This document shows positions 34,177 to 36,938 of a stretch of DNA of 36,938 nt, piece after piece; position 1 is the stretch's first letter, and the number at the start of each line of letters is the position of its first letter. The notes below the pieces were generated by a model. The model did no database searches, had not been told where the DNA came from, and saw nothing but the letters and a program-made list of their open reading frames with translations. A program made the translations under genes and the position numbers. Source of the DNA: a virus. Lineage: Duplodnaviria; Caudoviricetes. The stretch is from positions 1 through 36,938 of IMG/VR virus record IMGVR_UViG_3300021476_000012. One strand, written 5' to 3'.

Positions 34177-34397
34177 GGGTGATTACCTTCTAATTGACAC
34201 GTAATAAATTGCATTAATTTCTTCCCCCTGCCAATTTTTATCATTTCATAAGGAGACATATCACCTAATAATGGATTTTTAGTCATATACCATTTAAGCG
34301 CTTTATCTTTATCTCCTTGAAAAAATTCTATAATCAATTTCAACCCTTGCTCATAGGTTAAATTACGAGGATTAGATTTATTATCAGGTTTTACCAT
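34173..34397 (-). CDS. Stand-alone Xre/MbcA/ParS antitoxin C-terminal (DUF2384-like) domain
   Basis: FFQGDKDKALKWYMTKNPLLGDMSPYEMI..GRG pattern. Confidence 0.75.
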   Translation of the reverse strand: MVKPDNKSNPRNLTYEQGLKLIIEFFQGDKDKALKWYMTKNPLLGDMSPYEMIKIGRGKKLMQFITCQLEGNHP

Positions 34398-34809
34398 TAA
34401 TATTCACCACTCCTTGATCAATTAAATAAATTAACATTTTAGCTTTAGCGTCCACTTCTTTTGAAGCATCAAAATCAACTTTAATGATATCTAATCCCAC
34501 ATCTTCATCGTGCCAATGATAACCAATCCATGTTGATTTTCGACCTTTTACAGTTCCCATATGACAAGTTAAAAAGTGGTCTTTGCCATCTATTTCAATT
34601 GAGAAAGGTAAATATGTATTTAGTTCTTCCGATGTAAAAGCTGATAATGATTCATTATGATAATGCTTATTAAATCCACCGCCCATACTTAAATACCATT
34701 TGTCACTGCATAGGTTGCATAACCAATATAATATAGATTCTTGTGAAACATTGAGTTCTTTTAGTTTCTTAGCAAGTTTTACTGATAGGCAGATTTCTTC
34801 AAGATTCAT
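34384..34809 (-). CDS. Hypothetical phage protein, paralogue of 32673..33170 (start MNLEEI)
   Basis: LSVKLAKKLKELNVSQES...SAFTSEEL...AKMLIYLIDQG. Confidence 0.75.
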   Translation of the reverse strand: MNLEEICLSVKLAKKLKELNVSQESILYWLCNLCSDKWYLSMGGGFNKHYHNESLSAFTSEELNTYLPFSIEIDGKDHFLTCHMGTVKGRKSTWIGYHWHDEDVGLDIIKVDFDASKEVDAKAKMLIYLIDQGVVNINGKT

Positions 34810-35104
34810 TTGGATATTCCGGTAAATACATCCAGTGAGTGACTTTAACAATATCAAGTAATGTTTGTGTAGAATAAAATAAACAACAATGTGTCCACTT
34901 GCCATGCTGTCTATGACCAATCATGAGTTCTTTTGAGCCTATTTCATTGATGGCTAGATACAATACTTCTTTGTAATCTTCTGGTAATTGATCATTTACA
35001 TTTATCCATTTATCTTGAAAACTGCAATCTTGGCAAAGATGGCCAACAACATATTTCCATGGAGTTGCTTCTTTACCACAAGTAACGCAAATTTCTAAAC
35101 TCAT
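34799..35104 (-). CDS. Zinc finger plus DUF551-like protein
   Basis: CVTC...CQDC then WINVNDQLP...VTHWMYLPEYP. Confidence 0.75.
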   Translation of the reverse strand: MSLEICVTCGKEATPWKYVVGHLCQDCSFQDKWINVNDQLPEDYKEVLYLAINEIGSKELMIGHRQHGKWTHCCLFYSTQTLLDIVKVTHWMYLPEYPNES

Positions 35105-35322
35105 CTTTTACGTCTTCTCTTTTGATTTTTATTTATACTTGATTGCATCAGCCAATTCAAAGTTACAACTGCCAATATAATAATTATTAAAACTAGAATA
35201 AGTATGATGGGCATTGGCAGGAGAGCCGTTGAAATAATGAATGGTAAAATAGCCCCTGTAAGTATTAACAAGCAGAATAAGGTTATTCCCATCTTCATGA
35301 TATATTTCAATGGTTTCTCCAT
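35101..35322 (-). CDS. Two-TM membrane protein, SPFH partner candidate
   Basis: Long hydrophobic hairpin with basic tail; follows SPFH gene. Confidence 0.65.
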   Translation of the reverse strand: MEKPLKYIMKMGITLFCLLILTGAILPFIISTALLPMPIILILVLIIIILAVVTLNWLMQSSINKNQKRRRKR

Positions 35323-35324
35323 GA

Positions 35325-36170
35325 TCAGTTCTTACCCGATATATTAACAAATGGGATGGCTCCTGATCCTGTTAATTTCGGCAGATGACCATTCCACTTT
35401 AATATAGCTTGATATTGAACAAATTCAGATGTTAAAGATTCAGCAAGTATTTTATTGGCTTTTGCTTGAGATTCAGCATTGATTAATATTTGTTGTGCTT
35501 TAGCCTCTGCTTCGACAATGGTTTTTTGAGCCTCAGCTTTAGCCGTTGCAACTTCATTTTCAACTTTCATTGCATTTTGCGCAGCTTGGATTTTAGAGTT
35601 AATAGAATTGACCACACTAGAAGGAAGTATAAAACTGCCAACGAGGTAAATCTTGTCCACGTCAACTCCATTTGCTGATGCTTCTTTTTTAACGATGCTA
35701 TTAACTTTGGATATAAATATTTCTTTTTGCGATCCATAAATTTGCTCAACTGTCATGGTAGATGCAACTTCATTCATCGCATCACGAACCATATTGTGAA
35801 GAAAAGTATTAGTAATTTCTTCGATGCCTAAACGATATTTTTGAAATACTTTAACAACATTATCAGGTTGAATACTATAAGTGATACCAGCATCAGTCCT
35901 AATAGATAAACCTTCTGATGTTTGCATAGTGATTGCTTGTTCGTCTTTCCAGCTATAATTTTGTAAAAATGTTGGAAATAAATAAAGTTCGCTGTTCCAG
36001 CCAATATAATATCGGCCAACACCAAGAGATTGCTCATCGACGCCTTTATCACTTCCATATAAATTTACCTTAACACCACGATATCCAGCTGGCACTTTAT
36101 CACATCCAGACATATTAAAACTAACGATTGCGCCAATGGTCAGTACTATAATAGTTAATTTCTTAATCAT
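35325..36170 (-). CDS. SPFH/band-7 (prohibitin-like) membrane or lipoprotein
   Basis: GCDKVPAGYRGVKVNLYG...EAKAQ...AESQAKAN...ILKWNGHLP. Confidence 0.92.
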   Translation of the reverse strand: MIKKLTIIVLTIGAIVSFNMSGCDKVPAGYRGVKVNLYGSDKGVDEQSLGVGRYYIGWNSELYLFPTFLQNYSWKDEQAITMQTSEGLSIRTDAGITYSIQPDNVVKVFQKYRLGIEEITNTFLHNMVRDAMNEVASTMTVEQIYGSQKEIFISKVNSIVKKEASANGVDVDKIYLVGSFILPSSVVNSINSKIQAAQNAMKVENEVATAKAEAQKTIVEAEAKAQQILINAESQAKANKILAESLTSEFVQYQAILKWNGHLPKLTGSGAIPFVNISGKN

Positions 36171-36492
36171 AAAATTTCTTCCCTACTAATTTATGTTCCT
36201 TAACAATTAAATTGACCCATTTAATGAATGATTCTTTATCAATATTAATCTGATAAGTCGCACCACATAATTCAACGGACGATGCCGATACAAATAACAT
36301 TCTGCCTAATATATGTGCCATAAGATAAAAATTTTCAGCCGGATCATCTTCACATTGATATTCACGTATTTGAGTTAGCATTTGTTCCATTAATTTTGTT
36401 GCAATGTTCGCTGCTGTTTGGATAGCAATTACTTTGTCTTTAACGATAGAACTCATCATAATATACTCATAAAGTTTGATATCATAATACAT
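36163..36492 (-). CDS. Hypothetical protein
   Basis: First gene of leftward operon; start uncertain. Confidence 0.6.
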   Translation of the reverse strand: MYYDIKLYEYIMMSSIVKDKVIAIQTAANIATKLMEQMLTQIREYQCEDDPAENFYLMAHILGRMLFVSASSVELCGATYQINIDKESFIKWVNLIVKEHKLVGKKFYD

Positions 36493-36539
36493 ATCATATA
36501 ATATTCAAATTATTAAAATTAATTAAATGTAGGAATTTT

Positions 36540-36821
36540 ATGAAATATGTCATTGTTAGGACTTATTCAGCAGGTGTATTTGCTGGAGAACTAGAATCAA
36601 GAAATGAAAAAGAAGTTGTTTTATTAAATGCACGAAGATTATGGTATTGGGAAGGTGCTGCCTCATTATCTCAATTAGCAATGGAAGGAACATCAAAACC
36701 TGATAAATGTAAATTCCCATGTGAAGTTAATAGAGTAGAGCTATTAGAATCAATTGAAATATTAGATGTTACTGAAAAAGCAAAATCATCAATAAAAGAA
36801 GTTCCCATATGGAAAGTTTAA
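36540..36821 (+). CDS. Conserved phage protein (DUF6948-like)
   Basis: YVIVRTYSAGVFAG...ARRLWYWEGAASLSQLA.EG motif; AGGA RBS. Confidence 0.85.
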   Translation: MKYVIVRTYSAGVFAGELESRNEKEVVLLNARRLWYWEGAASLSQLAMEGTSKPDKCKFPCEVNRVELLESIEILDVTEKAKSSIKEVPIWKV

Positions 36822-36938
36822 ATAGTAATTTTATTTATGGCTCTGGCTCTGGCGATGGCTCTGGCGATGGCTCTGGCGATGGCTCTGGCGATGGCTCTGG
36901 CGATGGCTCTGGCGATGGCTCTGGCGATGGCTCTGGCG
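36809..36938 (+). CDS. Gly-rich (GSGD)n protein, N-terminal part (MESLNSNFIYGSGSGDGSGD...)
   Basis: ATG at 36809 overlaps upstream gene end; open to window end. Confidence 0.7.
   Translation, partial: MESLNSNFIYGSGSGDGSGDGSGDGSGDGSGDGSGDGSGDGSG
36839..36938 (+). repeat. 12-bp tandem repeat (GGCTCTGGCGAT)n, left part of the split array
   Basis: Seven perfect units from 36845 plus a partial unit. Confidence 0.97.

Larger units (their letters stand above)
1..36938. mobile_element. Near-complete P22-like (podovirus) bacteriophage genome, probably circular or circularly permuted
   Basis: TerS-TerL-portal-scaffold-coat-adaptor-hub-ejection-fibre order, lysozyme, replication and recombination genes. 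Both ends lie in the same tandem repeat; no host housekeeping genes. Confidence 0.95.

Noticed and set aside
32673-34809. Paralogous pair 32673..33170 and 34384..34809 as a special system
   Set aside because: Divergent members of a common phage hypothetical family, with no further linking signal.
36809-36823. Programmed -1 frameshift fusing the DUF6948-like gene to the GSGD repeat
   Set aside because: The T-TTA-AAT heptamer is not in the upstream gene's frame; translational coupling is simpler.
36839-36938. Terminal repeats as CRISPR, telomere or phage direct terminal repeats
   Set aside because: Head-to-tail 12-mers without spacers, inside an ORF; best explained as an assembly break.

Overview
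The window looks like an essentially complete, circularly closable ~36.9 kb P22-like podovirus genome. It is AT-rich, and both ends break inside the same 12-bp GGCTCTGGCGAT array. The long minus-strand arm runs: replication initiator, VRR-NUC nuclease, lysis genes, TerS/TerL, portal, a cluster of tiny basic proteins, scaffold, P22-type coat, adaptor, tail hub, three ejection proteins, and several fibre/spike genes. An early region carries a Sak4-like ATPase and SSB, an SPFH protein, an orphan Xre/MbcA/ParS-type antitoxin domain and many small ORFs. I found no integrase, CI-type repressor, ParAB, tRNA or CRISPR. The most striking unexplained signal is non-coding. At least 15 translation-initiation regions, nearly all of late/virion genes, display A(A/U)GGA(N) in the loop of a hairpin whose stem sequence differs from gene to gene. 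This is the canonical CsrA/RsmA operator shape and suggests virion production is gated by the host Csr/Rsm switch. Also notable are a structured scaffold/coat leader with two 43-nt covarying copies of one motif, an oriC-like DnaA-box cluster among the head genes, and a probable antisense RNA opposite the rep leader. All protein calls come from motif recognition and synteny, not database searches.
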